Translations under genes and position numbers: made by a program
The notes under the pieces: generated by a model
Seen by the model: the letters and a program-made list of their open reading frames with translations, nothing else
The model's database searches: none
What the model was told of the DNA's origin: nothing
Shown here: positions 52,762 through 62,969 of the stretch, one piece after another
How the letters are laid out: every line of letters begins with the position of its first letter
Position numbering within the stretch: position 1 is the first letter of the stretch
From: Ignavibacteria bacterium
GTDB taxonomy: Bacteria > Elusimicrobiota > Endomicrobiia > PHAN01
NCBI GenBank assembly: GCA_041694835.1
Contig: JBGFRZ010000054.1
Location: 1 to 63,083 of the forward strand
Direction of reading: 5' to 3'
Length of the DNA stretch: 63,083 bases

Positions 52762-54912
52762 ATGTTGATTTTATACTTTTTTGAGGTTTATCGCTCTTTC
52801 AGGAAAAGACCCTTCCTTTATCTGGCGTTTCTTCTTGCCGCAGGGATCGTCGTCAACAACTTAAAAAACCCACAAACTTTCAAACCTCAGGAAAAATATT
52901 TAAATCAGCTGAAAAAAAACAACGCTTACCAGGGGCAGATAGTAAGCTGGCCGCGAATAACAAACAATAGAACAAAATTTATACTTGAATCGCCGGATAA
53001 GACAAAGTTTTATGTTTTGATAAATACTGCCGACACCACTCTTTCTAAATGGGACTTTCTTGAAATAGAAGGCAGTATTTTTGCGCCTCATGAGGTGAAA
53101 AATCCAGGTGTTTTTAACTTTAAAAAATATCTTTCGAACAAAAATATCAGTTTTGTTCTTAAAGCGGAAGCACAAGATATTAAAGTAGTCCGCGGTCCGA
53201 ATTATTATCAAAAATTGATTTCGTCCGTAAGAAAGAAAAGCCTTGAATCAATCAAGACTCATTTCGATGCGGAAGCCTCTGGCATACTCTCCCCAATACT
53301 CATCGGACAAGAAGACGATGTGACGAAGGATTTGAAACCTTTTTTTGTAGACACGGGGGTAATGCACATTCTTGTTATTTCGGGACTTCACGTTGGATAT
53401 GTCGTTTTAATTTTCTGGTATTTTTTTAGAATAGTGGGATTTTCGAGAAAAACGGCGGCGATATTGATGATGCCTTTTTTATGGAGTTATGTCATAATAA
53501 CGGGCTCAAACCCTCCCGTAGTCAGAGCGGCGCTGATGGCGACAATAATTATACTTTATATGTTACTTGAAAGAAGCTACGATATATTCCAATCCCTTGG
53601 ACTTTCGGCCTTCATAATTCTATTGGTAAATCCAAATGACCTATTAGGCGCGAGCTTTCAGCTTTCCTATGCGGCAACTTTTGAAATAGTTTATCTTGTG
53701 CCGAAAATACAAAAGCCATTTTCATCTGACAACACGATTTTCAAATTCATCGGAATGCTTTTTTGCGTCTCACTTTCAGCACAGATTTTCACCACCCCAC
53801 TTACTGCATACTACTTTAACAAAGCCCCAATAATATCCTTAATCACGAATCTGTTCGTCGTTCCGCTTTCTGTATACATAGTTGTTGGTGGAATGATTTT
53901 TTGCGCGCTGGACTTAATATGGCAACCATTAGCTATACCGGTAGCTTTTTTAACTTCACAATTGCTCCATATCTTTGTTGAAATTGTCAAATTTTTCTCA
54001 AAACTTCCCGGCGCGGGAACATTCGCTCCACAACCCGGAATATATTTTTTCATAGGATATTATCTTTTGGCGCTCTCAATTCCAAGGTTCAATTTCAACA
54101 GATTTTGGAAAATTGTATCTGTTTTCTCTTTGACGGCAGCAATTGCAATTTTTTTGTATTTCTCTTATGCACGAAAGAAGGAATTGACATTAACATTTCT
54201 ATCCTTAAGCGGGGATTCCATTTTAATAGAATTTCCAAACGGCAAAAAATATCTTGTAGACACAGGGGGTAGTTATACCAATGTAGATGTCGGGTCTCGA
54301 GCGCTTCTTCCTTTTTTAAGATATAAAAACATTAGAAGGCTGGACAAAGTTTTTATTACGATTCCCGATATCCCTCATTACGGAACATTGAAGAAAATAT
54401 CTCAGGAAATTTCCATAGGCGAACTTAATATAGGTCCGATGATTTCCACATGTTACGAATTTACCGAAACCATGAACTACATTCACTCCAAAAATGTCGT
54501 TATCAACGAATTATGGGCACCTGTTGAATTTAGCGAGGGTGAATCTAAAATTTCTTTATTAAATCCGTATAGACGCTCTAAAACTTGGGAAGAAAATTCT
54601 ATGGTGTTCCTCATCGAACACAGAGGTAAAAAAGTCCTTTTGACAAGCGATATAAACAAACGAATCGAAAATCTTATGGTTGAGAAAATCAAAAATGTTG
54701 ATATTCTTCATATCCCAAGAGGCGGCAGGAATATTTCTGTGGATTTTATTAAAAAATTATCTCCCGATTATGCTATAATATCATCAAACAGAGAAGTCAA
54801 AACGGTTGATGTGGGAAAAACAAAATTATTCAACACGCATACGGACGGCGCCATCAGTGTATTGATTGGCAAAGAAATTGTGATAAAAACGTTCCTTCAG
54901 CGAAGGAGTTGA
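52762..54912 (+). CDS. comEC: DNA internalisation competence protein ComEC/Rec2
   Basis: DUF4131-like N-terminus, a competence membrane domain (GVMHILVISGLHVG) and a C-terminal metallo-beta-lactamase-like domain. Confidence 0.85.
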   Translation: MLILYFFEVYRSFRKRPFLYLAFLLAAGIVVNNLKNPQTFKPQEKYLNQLKKNNAYQGQIVSWPRITNNRTKFILESPDKTKFYVLINTADTTLSKWDFLEIEGSIFAPHEVKNPGVFNFKKYLSNKNISFVLKAEAQDIKVVRGPNYYQKLISSVRKKSLESIKTHFDAEASGILSPILIGQEDDVTKDLKPFFVDTGVMHILVISGLHVGYVVLIFWYFFRIVGFSRKTAAILMMPFLWSYVIITGSNPPVVRAALMATIIILYMLLERSYDIFQSLGLSAFIILLVNPNDLLGASFQLSYAATFEIVYLVPKIQKPFSSDNTIFKFIGMLFCVSLSAQIFTTPLTAYYFNKAPIISLITNLFVVPLSVYIVVGGMIFCALDLIWQPLAIPVAFLTSQLLHIFVEIVKFFSKLPGAGTFAPQPGIYFFIGYYLLALSIPRFNFNRFWKIVSVFSLTAAIAIFLYFSYARKKELTLTFLSLSGDSILIEFPNGKKYLVDTGGSYTNVDVGSRALLPFLRYKNIRRLDKVFITIPDIPHYGTLKKISQEISIGELNIGPMISTCYEFTETMNYIHSKNVVINELWAPVEFSEGESKISLLNPYRRSKTWEENSMVFLIEHRGKKVLLTSDINKRIENLMVEKIKNVDILHIPRGGRNISVDFIKKLSPDYAIISSNREVKTVDVGKTKLFNTHTDGAISVLIGKEIVIKTFLQRRS

Positions 54913-55727
54913 TGTTGAGAAAAATCGGAATATACTATAACCCCGCCAGTAAATTTAGCTCGAAACTAGCGGAAAAAATAAAAGGATGGTGTCGCCAAAA
55001 AGGTCTGAAAACCATTTTGTGGTCCTTGGGCGCCCGTCTCGAAAAGACCGATATTGCACTTTCACTTGGTGGAGATGGCACGCTTCTTTCTCTCTCATCA
55101 AAAGCATCCAAAATCGGCGTACCAGTTTTAGGGGTGAATCTTGGCTCTTTGGGATTTCTCGCCGATACTGATCCGGACGAAGTCTTTGATGTTCTTCAAC
55201 TGATAATAGAAAAAAAGCACAAAACCGAGAGGAGAACAGTGCTTGACATATATCTCAAAGGAAAAAAAATCGGATCGGCTCTTAACGACTGCGTCATAAA
55301 AAGGGGTGAGATAGGAGTACCCGTTACAATTTCCGTAACGGTAAACGGCGAGTACCTCGCGGATTATACCGGTGACGGCGTAATCATTTCTACTCCGACC
55401 GGCTCTACCGCTTATTCGCTCTCCGCCGGAGGACCGCTTCTTCATCCCCATCTGGACGTCATACTGATAACCCCAATATGTCCGCACACGCTTACGCAAA
55501 GACCCCTTCTCATCTCAACAAAACATGGTATCGGGGTTTCCCCGAAAAATCCAAAAAGCGCCGGATTGAAACAAACATCGGTCTATCTCGACGGGACGGA
55601 GGTTCTTAAAGAATTGACGCAGAGTTTCGAGATAAAATCTTCGCCCAAAAAACTCATTTTGATAATAAATCCGAAAAAGAGATATTTTGATGTTTTAAGG
55701 GCAAAGCTCAACTGGGGGAAGAGATAA
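54912..55727 (+). CDS. nadK: NAD kinase
   Basis: LSLGGDGTLL, NLGSLGFL and STPTGSTAYSLSAGGP. Confidence 0.9.
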   Translation: MLRKIGIYYNPASKFSSKLAEKIKGWCRQKGLKTILWSLGARLEKTDIALSLGGDGTLLSLSSKASKIGVPVLGVNLGSLGFLADTDPDEVFDVLQLIIEKKHKTERRTVLDIYLKGKKIGSALNDCVIKRGEIGVPVTISVTVNGEYLADYTGDGVIISTPTGSTAYSLSAGGPLLHPHLDVILITPICPHTLTQRPLLISTKHGIGVSPKNPKSAGLKQTSVYLDGTEVLKELTQSFEIKSSPKKLILIINPKKRYFDVLRAKLNWGKR

Positions 55728-55740
55728 TCGACGACATATT

Positions 55741-56205
55741 ATGAGAGCGGTAGTCCAAAGGGTATCCGGCGCCAGTGTAACGATAATGGCCGTCGACAAA
55801 AAAATATCGCGTGAGATTTCAAGGGGCGTCGTCGCGCTTGTGGGCGTTGCGAAAGGGGATACGGATTTTGACGCGAAATGGCTGGCTGAAAAAATTGTGA
55901 ACATGAGGATATTCCCGAACGAAGAAGATAAGTTCGATAAATCCCTTATTGATATAAAAGGCGACTGCCTTGCCATATCGCAATTCACGGTTTTTGGAAA
56001 CTGCGGAAAGGGGAGAAGGCCGGATTTCACCTCGGCGGCGGATGCCGAAGAAGCGAGAGCTCTTTATCGGAAATTCGTAAAATATCTTGGTGATTCGGGA
56101 GTTAAAGTCGAAACAGGAGAGTTCGCCGCCAACATGCTCGTCGACATTAAAAACGATGGCCCGGTTACAATTATTTTGGATAGCATGGGGTTTAAAGCAT
56201 ACTAA
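55741..56205 (+). CDS. dtd: D-aminoacyl-tRNA deacylase
   Basis: MRAVVQRVSGASV...ISQFTVFGN...GRRPDF. Confidence 0.9.
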   Translation: MRAVVQRVSGASVTIMAVDKKISREISRGVVALVGVAKGDTDFDAKWLAEKIVNMRIFPNEEDKFDKSLIDIKGDCLAISQFTVFGNCGKGRRPDFTSAADAEEARALYRKFVKYLGDSGVKVETGEFAANMLVDIKNDGPVTIILDSMGFKAY

Positions 56206-56209
56206 AGCG

Positions 56210-56680
56210 GTGAAGAAACTTTTTTACTATTTACTATTTACTGCTTACCACTTACTACTTGCCACTTACTCCTGGTCTCAGGTCGGATTCGGTGTTTCTG
56301 TAGAACCCGGAGCATGGGAACGGCAAAAAAAGGATAAGGACAAAAAGCCTCCTCCCGACGGCTACGCCGTAGAAATAGCAAGCAGATTTTCAAAAAAGCC
56401 GGAGGATGTGGCGAAACTTTTTTCCGAAGGTTTCGGCAGAAAGGAAACCATAAAAATTCTTGTGATGTCCGGAAAAGCGAACATCTCACACCTTGAAATT
56501 GTAAAGATGAGAAACAAAAAAAAGACATTCACGGAAATATCAAAAAAATACGAGCTAGATTATCCGACGATAAAAAACGAGGCCGAGGAGGTTTTCAGGA
56601 ATGTCAGATATGGAGTAGCCAAATCCACCGCAATAGACGCACAAACGATAAAAAAGACAAAAGAGGAAAAAGATGAGTAA
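56210..56680 (+). CDS. Hypothetical secreted protein
   Basis: GTG 56210 gives a signal-like N-terminus VKKLFYYLLFTAYHLLLATYS. The earlier part of track ORF 56087.. overlaps dtd. Confidence 0.4.
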   Translation: MKKLFYYLLFTAYHLLLATYSWSQVGFGVSVEPGAWERQKKDKDKKPPPDGYAVEIASRFSKKPEDVAKLFSEGFGRKETIKILVMSGKANISHLEIVKMRNKKKTFTEISKKYELDYPTIKNEAEEVFRNVRYGVAKSTAIDAQTIKKTKEEKDE

Positions 56681-57596
56681 AAAATTGACTCTCACTCTCA
56701 TAGTTTTGTATGCCATCAGTGTCCTGGCGGCCGTCGTTATTTTGATAAGAAGACCGGTGGGAACAGGGATGATGATTTCGCTAAAATCGCCCCGGGTTCT
56801 TTCGCAGGACGCCGTAGCCGTCGTTCGGATACACGGGCCTATAAGCATATCTTACAAAAGCACTTTAAGGCTTTCGGCGCATGAAAGGATAATCAAGAGT
56901 ATCAGGTCGCTGGCAAAAAGAACCGACGTGAAAGCGGTCGTCTTGAGGATAAACTCACCGGGCGGTTCGGTGGCGGCCGTCCAGGAGATATATAACGAAG
57001 TTATAAATCTCAGAAAAAATGGAAAAACCGTAGTTGCTTCACTCGGTGACATCGCTGCTTCGGGAGCCTATTACATCGCTTCCGCCGCCGACAGAATCGT
57101 ATCCAATCCGGGAACGCTAACGGGTTCCGTAGGAGTGATATTTGAACTTATACAGGCACAGGAACTGATGAAAAAGATAGGCGTCAGGATAGAAACAATA
57201 AAATCAGGCAAGCACAAGGACATCGGTTCTTTCTCGAGAGAACTGACGGTGGAGGAAAGAGAGATATTCCGGTCATTGATAAACAACGCTTACGAACAGT
57301 TCATAAACGCCATAGTCGAGGGCAGAAATATGCCAAAAGACAAAGTACTTTCTTTTGCGGACGGCAGGATATTTACCGGCGCCCAGGCCAAGAATCTCGG
57401 AATCGTCGACGAACTCGGCAACGAATCGGCTGCTATAAAAACAGCGACTGAACTTGCCGGCATAAAAGGAACTCCGAGAATAATATACGAACGCGATCCT
57501 ATCGAAGAGTTTTTTTCGTCGATAAACTTGCGAGAATCTTCGCCGATTGAATATCTGCTTGGCCGTAAAGTCAGATTCGAATACATACTGGAATAG
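56673..57596 (+). CDS. sppA: Signal peptide peptidase SppA, 36K type
   Basis: INSPGGSVAA, ASGAYYIASAAD and KSGKHKD. Confidence 0.88.
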   Translation: MSKKLTLTLIVLYAISVLAAVVILIRRPVGTGMMISLKSPRVLSQDAVAVVRIHGPISISYKSTLRLSAHERIIKSIRSLAKRTDVKAVVLRINSPGGSVAAVQEIYNEVINLRKNGKTVVASLGDIAASGAYYIASAADRIVSNPGTLTGSVGVIFELIQAQELMKKIGVRIETIKSGKHKDIGSFSRELTVEEREIFRSLINNAYEQFINAIVEGRNMPKDKVLSFADGRIFTGAQAKNLGIVDELGNESAAIKTATELAGIKGTPRIIYERDPIEEFFSSINLRESSPIEYLLGRKVRFEYILE

Positions 57597-57599
57597 ATT

Positions 57600-58163
57600 A
57601 TGGAAGTTGAAAAAATAAAAGCAGCTATCATGTCCCCAAAATTGTTGCTTTCCTCCGAGATTCCGTCGGATGATGTTTCAAAATTCTACAGGATTTCTTT
57701 TCTCTGGTGTGCGTTCGCTATTTTTAACTGGAGACTCGGGGCGGCTGTCGCTATGAACAGGAATTTCAGATTTTTTATATTCGACTTCATGCTTTCCATG
57801 AGTGTCTTCCTGTGCTTTCTGATTTTCTATATCCCTGTCGTCCATCTTTTTTCAGAGAACCATGGTTACGGCTCAAAGCGATTCATCTCTTATCTGAACT
57901 TTTCAACAACGCTTTGGATAACGTTGCTCCCGCTGGCTCTGATATCCGCTGCTCTTGGGCGCACTGCTTCGTTTTTACTTTTCCAGATTTTATCGCTCTC
58001 TTCCGTCTTCTATATATACTTTATACTTATATCCGGGATGAGCGCTTATTATCAGAAAACCAAACTGAAGTCCTTTTTTATCTTAATTCTCCCTCTTATT
58101 CTTTTCTCGGTTTTCTTTTTGATTGTTCTGATTCTCATAGCCGGCATGATTTTCCCGACTTGA
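57600..58163 (+). CDS. Hypothetical multi-pass membrane protein
   Basis: About five hydrophobic segments. No family assigned. Confidence 0.5.
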   Translation: MEVEKIKAAIMSPKLLLSSEIPSDDVSKFYRISFLWCAFAIFNWRLGAAVAMNRNFRFFIFDFMLSMSVFLCFLIFYIPVVHLFSENHGYGSKRFISYLNFSTTLWITLLPLALISAALGRTASFLLFQILSLSSVFYIYFILISGMSAYYQKTKLKSFFILILPLILFSVFFLIVLILIAGMIFPT

Positions 58164-58318
58164 CCGTTTAATGAACGATGGCCTTTGACGAAAAGAAAAT
58201 CTCCGACAACATAAAAAAGCTTTATGAGATGCCGGACAATTTCCGTCTCTGCGCTCACAACTACATTGTGAAGAGGACAATTTTATCCGGCCCGGTAAAA
58301 TTTTAAGGGTGATTGAAA

Positions 58319-59359
58319 ATGTTCATAAGACATCTAACTAAACTCTTTGTTTTCGTCTTCTTAATTTTTATCTGCATAGAAGCATCCGGGCAGAAAAAAT
58401 ATGAGACAAAAGAGGTGTATCCAGTCGTCAACAATCAGTACCTTCCGGTTTTGATAGATCTGATAAACTCCTCGAAAAAAAGTATATACATCTGTCATTT
58501 TTTATGGAATCCCGACTCGACGACAAACAAAATAAAAAACGCCGTATATGAAGCCATAAACAGGGGCGTGAAAGTCAGAGTCATACTTGAGGATTCGCTC
58601 AAACAAAATTCACAAATAATAAAAGAATTTTCCAGTCTCCATATTCCGATAAAGACGGACGCTAAGACCGAATGGCCAAGGAATCTTCTACACGCAAAAC
58701 TCATAATAATCGACTCCCAAAAGGTGTTGCTTGGTTCGACAAATCTGAGTTTCAAGGCTATAAACGAAAACAACGAAGCGAATGTGCTTGTGAATTCGCC
58801 GGAAATCGCAAGATTTTATGAAAATTTTTTTGACGCTCTTTGGGAGAAGCGAAAAAGCGGAGCAGCTCGGCGGTCCTTAACAACAAAATATGTAACAGCG
58901 ACTATCGATCGCGATTACTTCACTTTCATGAAAAATCGCGTCTCAAAGGCAACCAAAAAAATCGGTATGATATTTTACGGTATGAAGGTTTACCCCGGAA
59001 ATAAAAACGAGGTCATGGAGTTTGTCGATGAGATTGTCGCCGCAAAGAAAAGGGGTGTCGATGTAAAGGTGATTCTTGAAAAAAGCGATTACGACGAAAA
59101 ATTAAATAGAGGGAACTCCGAAAGTATAGAGTATCTCAAAAAGAAAGGAATAAACGCCAAATTCGAATTCCCGGAGAGAATAACCCACGCAAAACTAATA
59201 ATCGTGGATGATGAAGCAGTCGGGGTCGCCTCGGCGAACTTCGCTCTGACTGGTTTCAAATTCTACACAGAGGCCGGCGTTATAACGACCGAGCCCGAAA
59301 CAATAGAAAGTTTCTGGAACTACTTTGAAAAACTCTGGAGAGGCGAAAACCCATGGTGA
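58319..59359 (+). CDS. Phospholipase D-family protein with two HKD motifs
   Basis: HAKLIIIDSQKVLLGSTNLS and HAKLIIVDDEAVGVASANF. N-terminal signal/anchor. Start at ATG 58319. Confidence 0.85.
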   Translation: MFIRHLTKLFVFVFLIFICIEASGQKKYETKEVYPVVNNQYLPVLIDLINSSKKSIYICHFLWNPDSTTNKIKNAVYEAINRGVKVRVILEDSLKQNSQIIKEFSSLHIPIKTDAKTEWPRNLLHAKLIIIDSQKVLLGSTNLSFKAINENNEANVLVNSPEIARFYENFFDALWEKRKSGAARRSLTTKYVTATIDRDYFTFMKNRVSKATKKIGMIFYGMKVYPGNKNEVMEFVDEIVAAKKRGVDVKVILEKSDYDEKLNRGNSESIEYLKKKGINAKFEFPERITHAKLIIVDDEAVGVASANFALTGFKFYTEAGVITTEPETIESFWNYFEKLWRGENPW

Positions 59360-59410
59360 GCGTAGTGAATAGAAAACACCCAAAGTATTTTCGTTCATTT
59401 TCTCACGATG

Positions 59411-59640
59411 TATGAGATTATTGAAAAAGTTCTTCTACCACACAAGACGCAAAAAATGTGTAAGAAATTTTTTGCAACAAAGCACAAGTTTTGTAGTTGC
59501 AGACCTTGGTCTGCACAAGTGCACAAGGCATAAGAGCACAAGTGCACAAGTCACTGTAAATCCCCCTGCTTCGCTTCCCCCTTTACAAAAGGGGGATAGA
59601 GGGGATTTTCCGTGATTTCCAACTTTCGCGCTTTCGTGGT
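59411..59640. repeat. Composite palindromic repeat block, copy B (inverted partner of 797-1004)
   Basis: See 797-1004. It has an extra 23 nt, cacaaggcataagagcacaagtg, relative to copy A. Confidence 0.85.
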
Positions 59641-59653
59641 TCAAATCTTTTTT

Positions 59654-59754
59654 CATCTGCGTTTATCAAAGTTGTTTCTGCGTTCATCTGCGTTCAATTA
59701 TTTTTTAGGACGCAGATTTTCGCAGATTTGATAGATATTAAAAACATCTGCGTC
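59654..59754. repeat. acgcaga-word hairpins (inverted relative to the 18.7-kb copy)
   Basis: catctgcgtttatcaaagttgtttctgcgttcatctgcgttcaatt...aggacgcagattttcgcagat. Confidence 0.85.
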
Positions 59755-59879
59755 AATCTTGGCGTAGTCGTCAGGGCGGATGTTACAGTTGCAATGGGAG
59801 CTGTAAAGAAGGGATTAATGGCTAAATGGGCGAAAAATTACGTCGGTCGGCTGAAGGTGGCTGATATTGGAATAAAAAT

Positions 59880-61193
59880 ATGACACATGCGCGTCATCGT
59901 ATAAAAACAATGATTTTATTGGGAGCCGCAATGTATATATCGCAAACTTTAAACGCATCGTTCTTGAAAGACGTGAAAATCATCAAACTTGAAAACGGCA
60001 TGACTGCTCTTTTTAAGCCCGACAGTTCGTTGCCGATAACAAGTCTGCAGGTCTGGGTCGGCGCCGGCTCGGCTTACGAGGACAAAAATACAAGAGGGCT
60101 TTCCCACTTTCTCGAACACCTCATATTCAAGGGGACAAAAAAATATCCCGGCGACGCCATAAGTCATCTCGTCGAGACAAATGGGGGCGTCATAAACGCC
60201 GGAACATCCAAAGAATACACCGTTTACTACATTGACATACAGAAAGAGGCGTTCGAACAGGCGGCCGACATCCTTGCCGACGCGATGCAAAACGCCCTTA
60301 TGCCCGATGATGAAATTGAAAGGGAAAGACCCGTCGTACTGGAAGAGATAAAGAGGCACGACGACAGCCCTGAAGGTGTTTTATATGACATATTTTCGGA
60401 AACCATTTTCACCGCATCGCCGTACAAATACAGGATTATAGGCGACGAGGAGGTGATAAGGAAAGTAAACCGTCAAGAGATTATGGAGTACTACAAAAAA
60501 TTCTATGTTCCATCCAACATGACGGTTTCTATTGTCGGCGATCTTGCAACTGACGAGGTCGAAAAGATATTGCTCGAAACCTTCGGGAAAATTCCGCACG
60601 GCGAAAAGCCTTTGGATCGCGACATGAAAGAAACCTTGAAACCATCGTTTGAAATTACGAGGCGCAGGAAAAATGTCGCCCACACATACGCCATCTGCGG
60701 ATTTCTCGGACCCAACAACAAGGATGAAAATCAGTTCGCGGCCGAAATATCGTCGATAATATTGGGAGATGGGCACAGTTCGCGCCTCTACAAAAACCTG
60801 AGAGAAAAAAAACAGCTGGTCTATTCCATCGGCTCTTCATACTACGGACAGAAAGGCGACGGTATATTTTCCGTAGCGGCGATTTTCGACAGAAAGAATT
60901 TTGGCTCCGTCAAAAAAGAAGTGGAAAGCGAGCTTTCAAAACTCGCCGGGGAAGGTCCGAGTGCAGAAGAGCTTGACAGGGCGAAGGAGCTCATAAAGTC
61001 GCAGTGGGTGTTTAATCAGGAAAAAGTCCACGATCAGGCGGGAATGCTCGGGTACTGGCATCTTCAGGGGAATCTCAATATCATTGAAGAATTTATGGGT
61101 AAGATAAACTCCGTGACGAAGGAAGATGTAAAAAAATTTCTAAAAAATTATGGGAGCAAGGGCGTAGTATGGGCGCTCGTGGAACCGCAATAA
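59880..61193 (+). CDS. M16-family zinc peptidase (active subunit)
   Basis: HFLEHLIFKGT (HxxEH). Confidence 0.88.
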   Translation: MTHARHRIKTMILLGAAMYISQTLNASFLKDVKIIKLENGMTALFKPDSSLPITSLQVWVGAGSAYEDKNTRGLSHFLEHLIFKGTKKYPGDAISHLVETNGGVINAGTSKEYTVYYIDIQKEAFEQAADILADAMQNALMPDDEIERERPVVLEEIKRHDDSPEGVLYDIFSETIFTASPYKYRIIGDEEVIRKVNRQEIMEYYKKFYVPSNMTVSIVGDLATDEVEKILLETFGKIPHGEKPLDRDMKETLKPSFEITRRRKNVAHTYAICGFLGPNNKDENQFAAEISSIILGDGHSSRLYKNLREKKQLVYSIGSSYYGQKGDGIFSVAAIFDRKNFGSVKKEVESELSKLAGEGPSAEELDRAKELIKSQWVFNQEKVHDQAGMLGYWHLQGNLNIIEEFMGKINSVTKEDVKKFLKNYGSKGVVWALVEPQ

Positions 61194-61231
61194 ATGATAT
61201 CCGCCAGCCAACTACGCAAGAATGCCTGAAC

Positions 61232-61510
61232 TAGTGCTCTGTGCCATAAATAATTGACATTTTGCACGAACGATTTTGGAGCGAAACAAAGAACGAGGAG
61301 TGAAGCATACCCTCTGTGGTATGTGAGCGACGAGTGATGAAGAAGTTGTAGCCCAAAAGCGCCGTGCCCTTCGGGGTTCGTCATCTTTGGGGCATTTCTG
61401 CGTCACTCCTCGTTTATGTAGCACTGCGGCTACACCGCACTCGTCGTTCCTTGAACTGCCCTCAAATCTGACGAACCAAAATGCTCAACTATTTATGGCA
61501 CAGAGCACTA
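61232..61510 (+). repeat. ~278-bp structured palindromic element, copy 3
   Basis: Termini tagtgctctgtgccataaataattgacattttg / caaaatgctcaactatttatggcacagagcacta. The core contains gcccttcgggg. Confidence 0.85.
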
Positions 61511-61517
61511 AACGGTA

Positions 61518-62840
61518 ATGCTTTTAAAGTTTTTACTCTCTACGTTTTACGGCATTTTCTTTTTTTGCTTCCCGCTTCCCGCCGTCAAAGCATCCGCCAC
61601 AACAGGAGGCGATGTGAATATATTCAAGTCATTGAACGGAATAAAAATAATACACCGGAAAATCGACAAATTGCCGATAGTCAGCATCTGCATATTTGCT
61701 AAAGGCGGGGTGCTCTTTGAAAAAAAAGAAAATTATGGCATAACCTCTCTCATGCAATCTCTTTTAACAAAGGGCACAAAAAATCGGAGCGCCGAAGAGA
61801 TAGCCGCCGAAACCGAGAGCATGGGTACGGCTATATCGGCAGGGGCAGACAAAGACTTCGCCACGACAAGCATTTCATCTCTGAAGGAGCATATTTTGAA
61901 AACCGCCGAAATACTTTCGGATGTCATTATAAACCCGGCCTTTGTGGAAAGCGAGATAAAGAAAGAAAAAATTATGGCGATGGCCTCCCTGAAGGCGCGG
62001 AAGGACAAAATTTTCACTGTGGCGGACGACATTTCGAACCTAAGTTTTTACGGAAAACACCCCTATGCTCTGCCGGAAATCGGGACGGAGGAGGCGGTAA
62101 AAAAAATTAAAAGAAAAGATTTGTTGGATTGGCACAAAAAAGTCTACTGCGCCGAAAATATAGTGATTTCTATAGCTGGCGACATAGATGAAAAAGAAGC
62201 ATCGGAAGTCGTCGAAAAATACTTCAAAGATATCCCCTCCGCCAAACCCCTCGGGCAAGCCGAGACGAAAGTTGAAATTAGAAAAAAAGATACGGCTCAA
62301 AAACGAAACTTCAAGCAGGCATATATCATGTTTTCTTATCCCGCCCCAAAGGTCGGCGAGGAAGATTATGCATCCCTGAAACTCCTGGTCGCAGCGCTTG
62401 GCGGCCGCATGTCTGGACGGCTTTTCAGACGCCTCAGAGAGAATCTTTCTCTTGCATACGAGGTAAACGCTTTTTATCCGACTCGGATAGATTCCGGAAG
62501 ATTCACTTTCTACATTGGTCTCGACAAAAAAAATATCAAACTCGCCAGAGACGAGTTTAAGAAGATAATTGAGGAGATAAAGACAGTTCTAATACCTCAT
62601 CAGGAACTTGAGGAGACAAAAAAATATTTGAAGGGCGTTTATATGCTCCAGAGACAGACCGTCGGGAAAAGGGCGTGGTACAACGGCTTCTGGGAGATAA
62701 TGGGGAAGGGAGCCAATTATGACCAAAAATATCTGACTGAACTTATGGCCGTAGAAGCTGAAGAAATAAAGGCCGCCGCTGTCAAACACTTTTCAAATAA
62801 CTCAGAAGTGATTGTTGAAATAATACCAAAAAAACCTTGA
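61518..62840 (+). CDS. M16-family peptidase, non-catalytic-type subunit
   Basis: M16 fold pattern without HxxEH. Paired with 59880..61193. Confidence 0.8.
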   Translation: MLLKFLLSTFYGIFFFCFPLPAVKASATTGGDVNIFKSLNGIKIIHRKIDKLPIVSICIFAKGGVLFEKKENYGITSLMQSLLTKGTKNRSAEEIAAETESMGTAISAGADKDFATTSISSLKEHILKTAEILSDVIINPAFVESEIKKEKIMAMASLKARKDKIFTVADDISNLSFYGKHPYALPEIGTEEAVKKIKRKDLLDWHKKVYCAENIVISIAGDIDEKEASEVVEKYFKDIPSAKPLGQAETKVEIRKKDTAQKRNFKQAYIMFSYPAPKVGEEDYASLKLLVAALGGRMSGRLFRRLRENLSLAYEVNAFYPTRIDSGRFTFYIGLDKKNIKLARDEFKKIIEEIKTVLIPHQELEETKKYLKGVYMLQRQTVGKRAWYNGFWEIMGKGANYDQKYLTELMAVEAEEIKAAAVKHFSNNSEVIVEIIPKKP

Positions 62841-62870
62841 CATTCCTTTAGGATTTGTTATATATAATAC

Positions 62871-62969
62871 TATGAGAGCGTTGAAAAACCCTCTTTAGTT
62901 CTTTGAAATAATTCTCGTCGGTAAATCCGACGATAAAACATTTGCATTTTCTCTCCGGAATTGCTATAA
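62871..62969 (+). repeat. 99-nt repeat, copy 2 (98/99 identical to 22048-22146)
   Basis: Direct comparison; the single difference is a/g at position 7. Confidence 0.9.
62941..62969 (+). promoter_or_regulatory. TTGCAT-N17-TATAAT promoter-like motif in repeat copy 2
   Basis: Same motif as at 22118-22146. The downstream sequence differs (gagattgttgaaaaaccc...). Confidence 0.45.
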
